A stretch of 45,288 nucleotides of DNA from a candidate division WOR-3 bacterium (GCA_965649215.1 CBFGJZ010000012.1:1-45288); one strand, 5' to 3'; counted from the stretch's first letter, positions 22,174-32,328 are shown. Translations and numbers: made by a program. The notes: generated by a model from the letters alone, not told the origin.

Positions 22174-23284
22174 TTATTTTAATATATTATTTTTATTTTT
22201 TATTTTTTTAAGTAAAAGATAAGCATATATAAAATCATCTATTTCACCATCCATTATTCGTTGAATATCTTTTGTTTCATAATTAGTTCGATGATCTTTT
22301 ACTAATTGATATGGGAAAAAAATATAAGATCGAATTTGATGTCCCCAACCGATATCTGTTTTTCGCTCTTCTAATTTTTGTAATTCAGCCTCTTGGATTT
22401 GTTTATAATAATGATACACACGTGTACGTAATATTTTCAAAGCATTTTGTTTATTTTGAAATTGCGATCGTTCATTTTGACACGTTGCAATTATACCTGT
22501 TGGGATATGTGTAATTCTCACCGCAGAAGAAATTTTATTTACTGCTTGTCCTCCATGACCACCTGCACGAAAAGTTTCAATTTTTAAATCTTTTGGGTCA
22601 ATTTTTATTTCAACTTCTTCGATTTCTGGATATACAAAGACAGACGCAAAAGAAGTATGTCTTCGTCGGTTTGCATCAAAAGGTGATATCCGAACTAGCC
22701 GATGAATACCAGTTTCTGCTTTCAAATGTCCGTATGCATTTTCGCCACATACTTCAACTACTGCATCTTTAATACCAGCTTCTTCAGCTGGTTGATAATC
22801 TAAAATTTGATATTTAAAATCTTTTTTTTGAAAGTATTTTAAATACATCCTAAAAAGCATTTCTGCCCAATCACATGATTCAACGCCCCCAGCGCCAGGG
22901 TGAATTGTTAATAATGCTTTCTTAGAATCTTCCGGTGTTAAAAACAAAGATTTTTTTTCTAAATCTTGGAGATCTTTTTGAATTTTTTCTAAATATTCTT
23001 GTAAATCATTATGTATTAATTCCTGATTCGAAAACAATACCAATAGTTCTTTTGCGTCATTTATTTCTTTTTCAATATGTTTTACAGAATCGATTAAGGA
23101 ATCTAATCGTTGAATTTCACTTAAAACTTCTTTTGCCTTTTGAGAATTGTGCCAAAATTGAGGTTCTTGACTAAGGTTGTGTAACTTTATTAATTCCTTT
23201 TTTTTGTTATCAATTTCAAAGAAACTCCTGAATAGAATTCAGTTTCTCAGATAAACTTTTTATTTTTGTTTCGAAATCTGCCAT
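22174..23284 (-). CDS. prfB: Peptide chain release factor 2 with +1 programmed ribosomal frameshift (about 369 aa)
   Basis: ATG 23284 reads MADFETKIKSLSEKLNSIQEFL then CTT TGA (23221-23216), preceded by internal SD AGGAG (23229-23225); the +1 frame from 23217 (EIDNKKKELIKLHNLSQEPQFW...) is open into the listed ORF carrying SPF and GGQ motifs. Confidence 0.97.
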
Positions 23285-23302
23285 TTGTAAAAATAAAAGC
23301 TA

Positions 23303-23500
23303 TTATTTTTGGTAGCGGCGACGATATTTCTCAACTCGACCTGCGGTATCTATAATTTTTTGTTTCCCAGAGAAAAAAGGATGGCATGCTGAACAAATTT
23401 CAACATTTATTTTAGATTTAGTTGAACGTGTTTTTACTGTATTTCCACAGCTACAAGTTATGGTACATTCAACATAATTTGGATGTATATTTTTTTTCAT
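23303..23500 (-). CDS. rpmE: 50S ribosomal protein L31 (zinc-binding type)
   Basis: MKKNIHPNY...CSCGN...[10 protein letters not shown]...GRVEK; start reassigned to ATG 23500 after AAAGGA (65 aa). Confidence 0.97.
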   Translation of the reverse strand: MKKNIHPNYVECTITCSCGNTVKTRSTKSKINVEICSACHPFFSGKQKIIDTAGRVEKYRRRYQK

Positions 23501-23510
23501 ATTTTCCTTT

Positions 23511-24767
23511 CTATTCACTCATTGAATCTAAAAATTCAGCATTATTTTTTGTTAAACGCATTTTATCCATTACAAATTCCATCATTTCGACAGGATTTAA
23601 ATCTGCTAATAGCTTTCTCATAATCCAAATGCGATTCAATTCGTATTCTGATAATAATAATTCTTCTTTACGAGTTCCAGATTTTTGTAAATCAATTGCA
23701 GGGAATAACCTACGATCTGCTAATTTCCGATCCAAAACCAACTCCATATTCCCAGTTCCTTTGAATTCCTCAAATATTACATCATCCATTCTAGAACCTG
23801 TATCAATTAAAGCAGTAGCGATAATCGTAAGACTTCCTCCTTCTTCAATATTTCGAGCCGCTCCGAAAAATTTCTTAGGTTTTTGTAATGCATTTGAATC
23901 AAGACCTCCTGATAAAGTTCTTCCAGAATGAGGTACGACTAGATTATGAGCACGAGATAGCCTCGTAATGCTATCTAGCAGAATTACTACGTCTCGTTTA
24001 TGTTCTACAAGGCGTCGCGCTTTTTCTAACACTATATCAGCAACCTCGACATGCCGTTCTGGAACTTCATCAAATGTGGAACTTATTACTTCTGCTTTTA
24101 CACTTCGTTCCATGTCAGTAACTTCTTCGGGGCGTTCATCAATCAAAAGTATCATCAAAACAATTTCAGGGTGATTAGTTGTAATGCTGTTAGCAATTTT
24201 CTGAAGTAAAACAGTTTTACCTGCCCTCGGCGGTGAAACAATTAAACCGCGTTGACCTTTTCCAATAGGCACAAAAAGGTCAACGACTCGCATCGAATAA
24301 TCATTTTTATCTTCTAACTCTAAACGAATTCTTTCTTGCGGATATAAAGGAGTTAATTCATCAAAAGGAATTCGTTGTTGTAAAATATCTAGCGGGTCAT
24401 TATTAACTGTTTCTATTCTTAATAATGCAAAATATTTTTCACTATTTTTAGGAGGGCGCGCTTGCCCCAAAATTGTATCACCAGTCTTTAGTAAAAATTT
24501 TTTGATTTGAGATGGAGCAACATAAACATCATCGGAACTTGGTAGATAACTATAATCAGGTGATCGAAGAAAGCCAAATCCTTCCGGGAGTACTTCTAAT
24601 ACACCTGATACTTGTACTGTTGCGTCTGTTTTTTCCTTTACTTCAGATTCTAAAATAGCAAGTACTAATTCTTGCTTCTTTTTTTCTGAATAATCAGGAA
24701 TATTTAGTTTTTTAGCAATTTCATATAATTCTGATAGTTTTTTCTTTTTTAATTCTTCTGCGTCCAT
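23511..24767 (-). CDS. rho: Transcription termination factor Rho
   Basis: 'GFGFLR', '[17 protein letters not shown]', 'DERPEEVTD', 'FKGTGNMEL', 'SGTRKEELL'; SD AGGAG. Confidence 0.99.
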   Translation of the reverse strand: MDAEELKKKKLSELYEIAKKLNIPDYSEKKKQELVLAILESEVKEKTDATVQVSGVLEVLPEGFGFLRSPDYSYLPSSDDVYVAPSQIKKFLLKTGDTILGQARPPKNSEKYFALLRIETVNNDPLDILQQRIPFDELTPLYPQERIRLELEDKNDYSMRVVDLFVPIGKGQRGLIVSPPRAGKTVLLQKIANSITTNHPEIVLMILLIDERPEEVTDMERSVKAEVISSTFDEVPERHVEVADIVLEKARRLVEHKRDVVILLDSITRLSRAHNLVVPHSGRTLSGGLDSNALQKPKKFFGAARNIEEGGSLTIIATALIDTGSRMDDVIFEEFKGTGNMELVLDRKLADRRLFPAIDLQKSGTRKEELLLSEYELNRIWIMRKLLADLNPVEMMEFVMDKMRLTKNNAEFLDSMSE

Positions 24768-24836
24768 ATTTAGTCTCCTATGTAATTATGTTGAATTCTA
24801 TTTCAATTCTTAATGCTCATGGGATTCGTTTTATAA

Positions 24837-24864
24837 ATTATAATAAAATATTAGGTTTTGTCAA
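24837..24864 (-). promoter_or_regulatory. sigma70-type promoter TTGACA-N16-TATAAT for rho
   Basis: Perfect hexamers at 24864-24859 and 24842-24837. Confidence 0.8.
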
Positions 24865-24880
24865 TATTAATTATTCTTAC

Positions 24881-25471
24881 TTATAACTCTTGACGACCTT
24901 CAAATGCTTCAGAGATCGTCATTTCATCTGCTAAATCTAAATCACTACCAATAGGTAATCCCTTCGCGATGCGGGTGATTTTAATATTATATTGTTTCAA
25001 TAACTTTAATAAATAATATGCAGTTGCTTCTCCTTCTCGTGTCGGATTTGTAGCTATGATTATCTCTTGAATTTTATTTTTATTTATTCGTTCAATTAAC
25101 TCTTTAATTCTTAATTTTTCCGGTCCGATATTATCGATCGGTGAAAGCACACCACCTAATACATGATAAAGTCCTTTAAAGATAGCACTTCTTTCAATCG
25201 TAATAATATCTGATGCATCTTCAACTATACATAATTGTGTATGATTTCGTTTATTATCGCTACAGATTTCACACATATAATTTTCTGTATAATTAAAACA
25301 TATAGGACAAAAACTTAGTTTACTTTTAGCTAATTGTATAGCATGAATTAACTCATCTATTTCTGATTTCTTTGTTTTAAGAATAAAAAAACAGATTCTC
25401 TGAGCACTTTTCCAACCAATACCAGGTAATTTTGTCAGTTGTATAATTAGATTATTTAAAATTTTACTCAT
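24881..25471 (-). CDS. recR: Recombination mediator RecR
   Basis: 'LPGIG.KSAQR', C4 zinc finger, 'YHVLGG.LSP', Toprim 'ATNPTREGEATA', 'RIA.GLP.G'. Confidence 0.98.
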   Translation of the reverse strand: MSKILNNLIIQLTKLPGIGWKSAQRICFFILKTKKSEIDELIHAIQLAKSKLSFCPICFNYTENYMCEICSDNKRNHTQLCIVEDASDIITIERSAIFKGLYHVLGGVLSPIDNIGPEKLRIKELIERINKNKIQEIIIATNPTREGEATAYYLLKLLKQYNIKITRIAKGLPIGSDLDLADEMTISEAFEGRQEL

Positions 25472-25507
25472 ACTAAATCAAAACATCATTTAAGATTAAT
25501 TAAGATC

Positions 25508-27001
25508 TCATTTCAATTTTCTTCCCTTTGGGAATGCGGTTTTGAATAATTTATCGATATCATCACCAATAGATTCTTGATTGATATCTTGAATATCTTG
25601 AATATCTTTAATATTATCAATATGAGATGAAATTTTATTTTCAGTGTTCTCTTCTGATATTTTTATTTTGATGTGAGAACCTAATTTTTTCTTAAAGATA
25701 TTATCGATCGTTTGTTTCTCCCTCTTAATATAGTCTATAATATCCTTTTTAACAACTAACTCAAGAGTATCATTATGTATCTGCAAACTTACATCTGTAA
25801 AAACATTTAATGACACTGAGAATTTTCTTGAAAGAAAATTTGAAATTTCTTGCCATATTTCATATAGGACATTACTATTTTTACTATTAAGTGATGTAAC
25901 TGTTTCTAACATATTTATTATATTTAGTGAAAAAATTTCAAATAATATTTTAGCTTCTGTTGTATTTTTAATTACATTTTCGTTGTCCGCAAGATATTGC
26001 ATTATTAGTAATATATCTTCCTGTTTAAATTTATCAACTTGGTATTTTAATTTGGTATAAAAATTTGAACTAATACCCAAAGTATTTATATCAATATTTA
26101 TTTTTAACATTAAAAGTATTCGAAAATATTCTATTAAACCATAAAAAAATTCTATAAAATCATAACCGCTCGAAAATACTTTATTAATAAATTCAATTAT
26201 TGAAGTTTGATCATGATTAAGCAGTATTTCGGTATAATCAAAAAATATTTCTGACGAAATTATTCCTAATAAATATTCAACATCTTTTAATTCAATTTTA
26301 TTTGATTTAAATATTCTTAATTGATCTAACATTCCTTCGGCATCTCTAATCGACCCATCTGCTCTTTTCCCAATAGCAAGTAATGCATCTTCCGATATAT
26401 CGATGTTTTCTTTTTTGCAAATCCAATTTAAACGTTCTACGATCTCATTAATTTGAGCTTTTCGAAAATCAAATCGTTGGCACCTGGATAAAATTGTAGT
26501 CGGAACTTTTTGAATCGCAGTTGTTGCAAAAATAAACTTTACATGTGGTGGGGGTTCTTCTAATGTTTTTAATAAAGCATTAAATGCTTCTTGGGTCAAC
26601 ATATGTACTTCGTCAATAATATATATTTTATATCGACAAGAAGTTGGCATAAATTTTACATTTTCTCTTAATTCTCGTACTTGATCAATTCCACGGTTAG
26701 AAGCTCCGTCAATTTCTAAAACATCCATATTTTGCGAAACTGTTATTTCTCGACAGACCGAGCATTTTTGACATGGTTGTACGGTTGGCCCTTGAACACA
26801 ATTGAGACTTTTTGCTAATATTCTCGCAGTAGTAGTTTTCCCAACCCCTCGCGGTCCAGTAAAGATAAAAGCATGAGCAACGCGATTATTCTCAATAGCG
26901 TTTTTTAATGTTATTTTTATATGTTCCTGAATCCACAATTCGTCAAGATTTTGAGGTCGATATTTTAAAGTTAGTACTTGATAGTCTTTATTACTTTTCA
27001 T
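25508..27001 (-). CDS. dnaX: DNA polymerase III subunit gamma/tau
   Basis: 'KYRP', 'GPRGVGKTT', 'EIDGASNRG', 'IDEVHML', 'LKTLEEPP', 'SRCQ'. Confidence 0.98.
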   Translation of the reverse strand: MKSNKDYQVLTLKYRPQNLDELWIQEHIKITLKNAIENNRVAHAFIFTGPRGVGKTTTARILAKSLNCVQGPTVQPCQKCSVCREITVSQNMDVLEIDGASNRGIDQVRELRENVKFMPTSCRYKIYIIDEVHMLTQEAFNALLKTLEEPPPHVKFIFATTAIQKVPTTILSRCQRFDFRKAQINEIVERLNWICKKENIDISEDALLAIGKRADGSIRDAEGMLDQLRIFKSNKIELKDVEYLLGIISSEIFFDYTEILLNHDQTSIIEFINKVFSSGYDFIEFFYGLIEYFRILLMLKINIDINTLGISSNFYTKLKYQVDKFKQEDILLIMQYLADNENVIKNTTEAKILFEIFSLNIINMLETVTSLNSKNSNVLYEIWQEISNFLSRKFSVSLNVFTDVSLQIHNDTLELVVKKDIIDYIKREKQTIDNIFKKKLGSHIKIKISEENTENKISSHIDNIKDIQDIQDINQESIGDDIDKLFKTAFPKGRKLK

Positions 27002-27024
27002 AATAAATTATATTTATAAATTAT

Positions 27025-27296
27025 CGGTCGTGCAGCATAATCGCATTATAATAAAAGAGACTTTATAAAATTCAAACTCAGACCAGGTAACCAACCAACA
27101 ATTCTTATCATTACTTACCACTGCTGCCTTCCGGCCCTGATGGAATTTGTAAGTAAGAATCTTGATGGACCCAATCTTCATCGTTTTTATTTTATAAAGT
27201 TTTTTCTTTTATTATAATACTCAATATGCCTTATCAATCCCGCATCGGCGGGTTTCGGGTTACAGAGGACCGCCAACCCTCCATCTAGCACGACCG
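27025..27296 (-). ncRNA. ffs: Large bacterial SRP RNA with Alu domain (scRNA-type)
   Basis: Minus strand contains the helix-8 signature CAGGGCCGGAAGGCAGCAG; terminal CGGTCGTGC/GCACGACCG pairing; Alu domain with GGCGG/CCGCC loop-loop complementarity and UGUA turn; located directly upstream of dnaX. Confidence 0.95.
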
Positions 27297-27312
27297 GATG
27301 AACACCTAAATT

Positions 27313-28284
27313 TCATTGCCGAAATTGTGATGGCGATGGGAATAAAAGCTGAACATCATAAGTATTACTTATTGTTCCACTGTCAAACATTTTGGTCATC
27401 ATTGAAATAATACTTCCTTTATTTATTTCAAGTAATTTTTGATTTTGAGGAAGATAACATTGACCATACATCGTTGTATCTAAATTGTAAAACTTAAGAA
27501 ATTGTCTTCTTGCCTCATCTACATTAGCATCAATAAATGCTACAGAAGCATCAATAATCATTTTAATCTTAAATGCTGCTCTTCTACGCAAAGATATAAA
27601 ATCATTTTTGACAACAACCCCAGCTCCTGGGAAAGGAGCAATCACTATTTTAGGTAAAGCGGGATTCATAAGGGGTTCTAATCCTTGATTTAATGCAGCT
27701 GTTCTCTCTGGTTCTATCACCAAAATAGCATCTGCTTGATTATCCATAAGTGCTTGAATTAACGTGTTATTAGACATTTCTAGCAATTTAATTTCTGTTT
27801 CTTTAAATCCCATATTTTTAATTAATGTTGGAAGTATATCTTTAAGAGTCGTTGGATAGGCTAAGCGTTTATTCCTTAAATCTTTTAATTGTTTTATTAC
27901 ATTACGACTACGAGGATTAATAAAAATTGCATCGATTGGAATCGAACTTCGGTATTCGAGCGATGCAATTACTTTTATAGAATCTTGATTATTAAGTGCG
28001 TATTTTATAATTGTCGGCCATGGACAAACAGCGCATGTCAACTTATCATTAGCTAAATCCTCAAGCATAGCATTGGGATTGTCATAGAAAATAAATTGTG
28101 GAATTATACGTTCTTTTTGAAAAAATTCTTTATTTTGTGCTACGATAAAAATATGTGAATTAATCGTGCTATCGCATCCAACAAAAACATTAATGGGACG
28201 ATTTTCTTGCCATTGAGGATAAACAATTATAAATACTAATGCTAACGCTAAAACTATAATTATTATGTTTAATATTCTAATCAT
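27313..28284 (-). CDS. ABC transporter substrate-binding protein, SsuA/NMT1/THI5-like, membrane-anchored
   Basis: N-terminal TM helix; 'IFIVAQNKEFFQKE', 'IKQLKDLRNKRLA', 'DAILVIEP' typical of this fold; SD AAGGAG. Confidence 0.75.
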   Translation of the reverse strand: MIRILNIIIIVLALALVFIIVYPQWQENRPINVFVGCDSTINSHIFIVAQNKEFFQKERIIPQFIFYDNPNAMLEDLANDKLTCAVCPWPTIIKYALNNQDSIKVIASLEYRSSIPIDAIFINPRSRNVIKQLKDLRNKRLAYPTTLKDILPTLIKNMGFKETEIKLLEMSNNTLIQALMDNQADAILVIEPERTAALNQGLEPLMNPALPKIVIAPFPGAGVVVKNDFISLRRRAAFKIKMIIDASVAFIDANVDEARRQFLKFYNLDTTMYGQCYLPQNQKLLEINKGSIISMMTKMFDSGTISNTYDVQLLFPSPSQFRQ

Positions 28285-28293
28285 GTATACTCC

Positions 28294-29814
28294 TTATAGT
28301 TGTTTTTTTACCCTTTCTCCTTCTTGTAATATCTCATAAGCTTTTTTCTGATCACCTTTTTCTCGATAACATACTGCTAGATTTCGATAAGCATCCTGAT
28401 TTTTAGGGTTTAACAGCAAAACATTATTAAACATTTGAATTGCTTCGTCATATTTTTTTAAGTTTGTTTGCGTTGCGCCTAAAAGCAAATACAGATTTTC
28501 AATTGACTCAATACCTATACTACTCAAATAAACTTTATCAGCTTCTTGCAGTGTTGGTACCGTTTTAGACTTTTTAAAATTATGAAAGTATAAATACCAA
28601 TCAGTACCTTTATAAATTCTTTTCTCTTTAACTTCTTGCTCAATTAAATTTATGATTTCTGGATTAATAGCTAAAAATGCATTATTTAAATTGTTATTAT
28701 TAATTAGTGATATTAATTGTTCAGTAAATGATGGAGAAAATTTGTTTAATGGAACTAACGCAATGTCAACTAAGTTTATAAACACAGACTCTGCTTTTAA
28801 ATCAAAACCCAACCGATAAAAAGTTAATCCGAGATTATATTTTGAATCAAAATCAAATTCGTTATATAAGATTGCTTCTTGAAAATAATTCGATGCTTTA
28901 CTTATATATTTTTTTTGCAAACTTTCTTGTTTGTAAAAATTTGCTTTTTGAAGAGCAGAAATCCCAGCACGAAAATTGATTATATTCAATTCAACTTGGT
29001 CCATATGAAGTTGGTCTACCAATCGAATTAAAATTGGATATTTTGCTTTTGCTTTTAAACTATCATTAATATATACTTCTAAGCTTTTTGTATTCCGTTT
29101 CTCAAGCAATTTTTGTACAACTAATTCTACTTCTTCTACATTATTTAATTTTAATTCTTTACCAAGTCTTTGTGTTGTTAATTCCCAATCATTTTTAAAG
29201 GCACTAATTGCTTTGTCATAATAAAACATTGATGAATCCCAATCTTCTTTTCTGAAGAAATACATACCCAATAAAATATTAACTTGTTGATTGGTTGAAT
29301 CAATATCATATAATGACAAAGCAATTTCTTTAATTTTTTCTAAACTATCAAGTGCAGAATATATTTGAGATAATAATAAAAATCCTTGAGGACTCGAAGG
29401 AAACACTTCAATTGAACGTTTTAAAAAGCGAATTGAATTTAAAAAATCACCTTTTTGATCCAATGCTTGACCTGCTTTTATAAATGCATTCCACGCAGAA
29501 TAACGATAAGTATTGTCCTTAATTGTCTTACTTAACCATTCTGAATCTTGAGTAAATACAGTGTCGAAATTAGCTGCTGCTTCTTCATAACGGCCTAGTT
29601 TTTCTAAAGCAATTGCTTTCCAAAACCGTGCTTCACTACTAGTTGGATAATCGATTAAAGCATTTTCAAATTGCTCTAATGCTCTTTCATAGCGACCACC
29701 TTGAAAATGTATTTTACCACCTCGCAATCTTGCATCAAGTGGTAATGTTTTAGCAAATATTGGTATTATTACAATTACCAATAAAAAAAAGGATAAAAGT
29801 AATTTTTTTGTCAT
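28294..29814 (-). CDS. Secreted tetratricopeptide-repeat protein
   Basis: Signal peptide and several TPRs; start likely ATG 29814 after GGAGG (ORF track starts at 29826). Confidence 0.85.
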   Translation of the reverse strand: MTKKLLLSFFLLVIVIIPIFAKTLPLDARLRGGKIHFQGGRYERALEQFENALIDYPTSSEARFWKAIALEKLGRYEEAAANFDTVFTQDSEWLSKTIKDNTYRYSAWNAFIKAGQALDQKGDFLNSIRFLKRSIEVFPSSPQGFLLLSQIYSALDSLEKIKEIALSLYDIDSTNQQVNILLGMYFFRKEDWDSSMFYYDKAISAFKNDWELTTQRLGKELKLNNVEEVELVVQKLLEKRNTKSLEVYINDSLKAKAKYPILIRLVDQLHMDQVELNIINFRAGISALQKANFYKQESLQKKYISKASNYFQEAILYNEFDFDSKYNLGLTFYRLGFDLKAESVFINLVDIALVPLNKFSPSFTEQLISLINNNNLNNAFLAINPEIINLIEQEVKEKRIYKGTDWYLYFHNFKKSKTVPTLQEADKVYLSSIGIESIENLYLLLGATQTNLKKYDEAIQMFNNVLLLNPKNQDAYRNLAVCYREKGDQKKAYEILQEGERVKKQL

Positions 29815-29838
29815 TTCATCCTCCATAAAATTTATCTT

Positions 29839-29866
29839 ATTATAATAGATTTTATATAACTGTCAA
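29839..29866 (-). promoter_or_regulatory. sigma70-type promoter TTGACA-N16-TATAAT
   Basis: Perfect hexamers at 29866-29861 and 29844-29839. Confidence 0.8.
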
Positions 29867-30038
29867 TACCTTATATGGTAGGAAATAATAAGCGAGTATT
29901 AATTCTATATAGTTAAAATTTTTGATATAAAATTCAAAATGTGTTGATAAAATTTTAATTTGTAAACATCTGATTCTTGCTGGTATAAAGTAATGTATGA
30001 CCTAATGTATTTAGCCATTTGAGCCTACCAATTTGAAA

Positions 30039-32126
30039 TTATTTATTAATGTTGGAGAATTTTATTTTAATCTTTTCGTCATTTAACGATTGAAGAATTG
30101 CAAAACCAATTTTCGCACAATGAAAATTAATACGTTCCAAATCAGCAATATAATCAAGATGTATAGTACTAGTATCTATGCTTTCTTTCAGTCCTGATTT
30201 TAATCTTTCTAAATGAGCATTATGTAATATTTGCAAACGGATGTTACCAATTTCTCGACAGTCTGCGACTTCTTGAGCTAAGTTTTTATCCCACGTTGAT
30301 AGAGCTGCTAATGCTTTTTTAAAATTATTTACAATCTCTTGGTGAAAATCTCTAATTTCGTTTAACCCTTGTTCAGAAAACATTAAATTGTAATCAATCT
30401 TTTTCTTTGCATATGTCATTAAAGATTTTGAACATATATCTCCAATATGTTCTAAGTCATCAATAATATAGAATAATGCAATGTTTCTTTTTGATAATTC
30501 GGGTAATAATTCTGATGTAGATAATTTTGTTAAGTAAGCAGTTATATCTTTCTCTAACTTATCCACTTGATCATCTTCTTGAGCAACAATTTTTCTAAGC
30601 TCTTTATCGTTATTAACAAATACCGAAATACTCTTAACAAACATATCTAACACGATATCACCCATATGTAATACTTCGCGTTGGGCTTGCGCTAATGCCA
30701 TTGAGGGAGCGTCGAGGATGGTGTCATCTAAATAAAGTGGTTGAATTATTAATTTGTCTTTTTTACTTTCAGGAATTATTTTCTTTAAGAATTTCTCATA
30801 TATCTTAAGAAAAGGAAGAAATATTAAAGTCGCAAATACATTTATAAAAGTATGGGCATTAGCAATTTGCCGAGGCAGCAATGCTGAACTTGTGGAAATA
30901 AAATTACTTAAAGTATCAATCAAAGGAATTAATACAATTACTGTTATAAACTTAAAAATGGTATGTCCTAAAGCAACTCTTCTTGCTTCAATGCCTGTCT
31001 TAAAACTTGCAATTAAGGGTGAAAAACTGGTCCCTAAATTAGCGCCTAAAATAATTGGGATAGCTGATCTTAATTCGATCAGACCAGAAAAGGATAAGCC
31101 AACCGCAATACCGATCGTTGCAGCCGAAGAATGAACTAAAAATGTAAAAATCATAGATAGAATAACTCCCAAAATCGGATAATTCCCAAAGGAACGAATT
31201 GTCTGTGTAAAACTTGGAAAATACTTTAAGGGTAGAGATGCCTCAAATACAATTTTAATTGCAAAAAATACTAATCCAAATCCAAATATTGCTTGGCCAA
31301 CATCTTTTATTTTACGATAACTATGCATAAGAATAAAACCAACGATAATGATGAAAAGCGCGTAGTCATATAATTTAAAGGCTAAAATTTGTGCAGTAAA
31401 GGTAGTACCAATATCAGCGCCTAAAATCACAGCTAAAGCTTGCATCAAAGCAATTAATCCTGTATTTACAAAACTTATCAATAATACAGAAGTTGCTGTG
31501 GATGATTGAAATATTATAGTAATTAACATACCTACGAAAACACCTAATATTCTATTTTTAGTTAAGTTAAAAACTATTTCTCTCAATCCGCCACCAGCTA
31601 AGCGACGTAAACCTTTACTGCCATAATACATACCAAATAAAAAGAAACAAAGTCCACCTAATAATCCAAAAATTACGCTTAAATACCATCTCTGCGATAA
31701 TGCCGTAATATAAAATATTTCAGTTAATCCATTTGTTTTTGCAATAACCCGATATTCGCCAGCACTACCTCCTAATGTTAAATAAACCTTTGCATAACCT
31801 GATTTATCTGTTTTTACAATAGTATCACTTAATTGGGCTCTTTTCAGAGAGTAATAATTTTCTGTCGGCTCTGCAATAACCGAAAATTTAACAGATTGAT
31901 TGGCAATTGGTTCCCCCCGGTCATTTAGTACTTGAATTATTAATGGTTTGGATAATTGTTTTAGAGCTTCACTAACTTGGCGATCACCTGAAATATTTTC
32001 ATTTCCAATAACAGGTTTAACTAATTTAGTTTTATCAAAATTAGTTTCTCTTTTAGTTGCAAAAAGAATATTGATGCTAACTGTTACTATTAGAAAAATC
32101 ACATAAATAATATTCTTAATACTCAT
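30039..32126 (-). CDS. Na+/Pi cotransporter (NptA/YjbB family) with N-terminal Ig-like domain and C-terminal PhoU-like domains
   Basis: 'QSSTATS', 'LGADIGTT', 'HSSAAT', 'LGANLGTS', 'ANAHT'; PhoU-like 'DLEHIGD' and 'DLERI'; N-terminal 'SGDRQ...PLIIQVLNDRGEPIANQSVKF...TDKSGYA'. Confidence 0.92.
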   Translation of the reverse strand: MSIKNIIYVIFLIVTVSINILFATKRETNFDKTKLVKPVIGNENISGDRQVSEALKQLSKPLIIQVLNDRGEPIANQSVKFSVIAEPTENYYSLKRAQLSDTIVKTDKSGYAKVYLTLGGSAGEYRVIAKTNGLTEIFYITALSQRWYLSVIFGLLGGLCFFLFGMYYGSKGLRRLAGGGLREIVFNLTKNRILGVFVGMLITIIFQSSTATSVLLISFVNTGLIALMQALAVILGADIGTTFTAQILAFKLYDYALFIIIVGFILMHSYRKIKDVGQAIFGFGLVFFAIKIVFEASLPLKYFPSFTQTIRSFGNYPILGVILSMIFTFLVHSSAATIGIAVGLSFSGLIELRSAIPIILGANLGTSFSPLIASFKTGIEARRVALGHTIFKFITVIVLIPLIDTLSNFISTSSALLPRQIANAHTFINVFATLIFLPFLKIYEKFLKKIIPESKKDKLIIQPLYLDDTILDAPSMALAQAQREVLHMGDIVLDMFVKSISVFVNNDKELRKIVAQEDDQVDKLEKDITAYLTKLSTSELLPELSKRNIALFYIIDDLEHIGDICSKSLMTYAKKKIDYNLMFSEQGLNEIRDFHQEIVNNFKKALAALSTWDKNLAQEVADCREIGNIRLQILHNAHLERLKSGLKESIDTSTIHLDYIADLERINFHCAKIGFAILQSLNDEKIKIKFSNINK

Positions 32127-32167
32127 AATAGGTAATGTTTAACATAGAATTATCAAATAGTCAAGTA

Positions 32168-32196
32168 TTGACAGATACATAGATAGTCACTAAAAT
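32168..32196 (+). promoter_or_regulatory. sigma70-type promoter TTGACA-N17-TAAAAT for tRNA-Ala
   Basis: Hexamers at 32168-32173 and 32191-32196, 11 nt before the tRNA. Confidence 0.75.
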
Positions 32197-32207
32197 TAAA
32201 TTAATAT

Positions 32208-32280
32208 GGGGCTGTGGCGCAGTTGGGAGCGCGTTTGACTGGCAGTCAAAAGGTCACGGGTTCGAATCCCGTCAGCTCCA
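32208..32280 (+). tRNA. tRNA-Ala (GGC); CCA not encoded
   Basis: 73-nt cloverleaf: acceptor GGGGCTG/CAGCTCC with G3:U70, anticodon arm TTTGA-CTGGCAG-TCAAA (GGC at 32241-32243), T-loop TTCGAAT, discriminator A followed by TTAT. Confidence 0.98.
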
Positions 32281-32328
32281 TTATAATAAAGTTGATAAAA
32301 TTTAATTTTTATTAGAGAAAGGGAAAAA

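Noticed and set aside
22174..23284. prfB as a pseudogene or with a TTG start at 23043
   Set aside because: The break is the canonical programmed frameshift site with an internal SD.
22311..24174. Plus-strand ORFs 22311-22514, 22935-23174, 23422-23931, 23968-24174
   Set aside because: Antisense shadows of prfB, rpmE and rho.
26405..26420. AAAAAAG run in dnaX as a -1 frameshift site
   Set aside because: Wrong codon phase (AAA AAA G), inside the clamp-loader core, and no stimulatory SD or hairpin seen.
30754..31134. 126-aa antisense ORF
   Set aside because: Shadow of the hydrophobic Na/Pi transporter.
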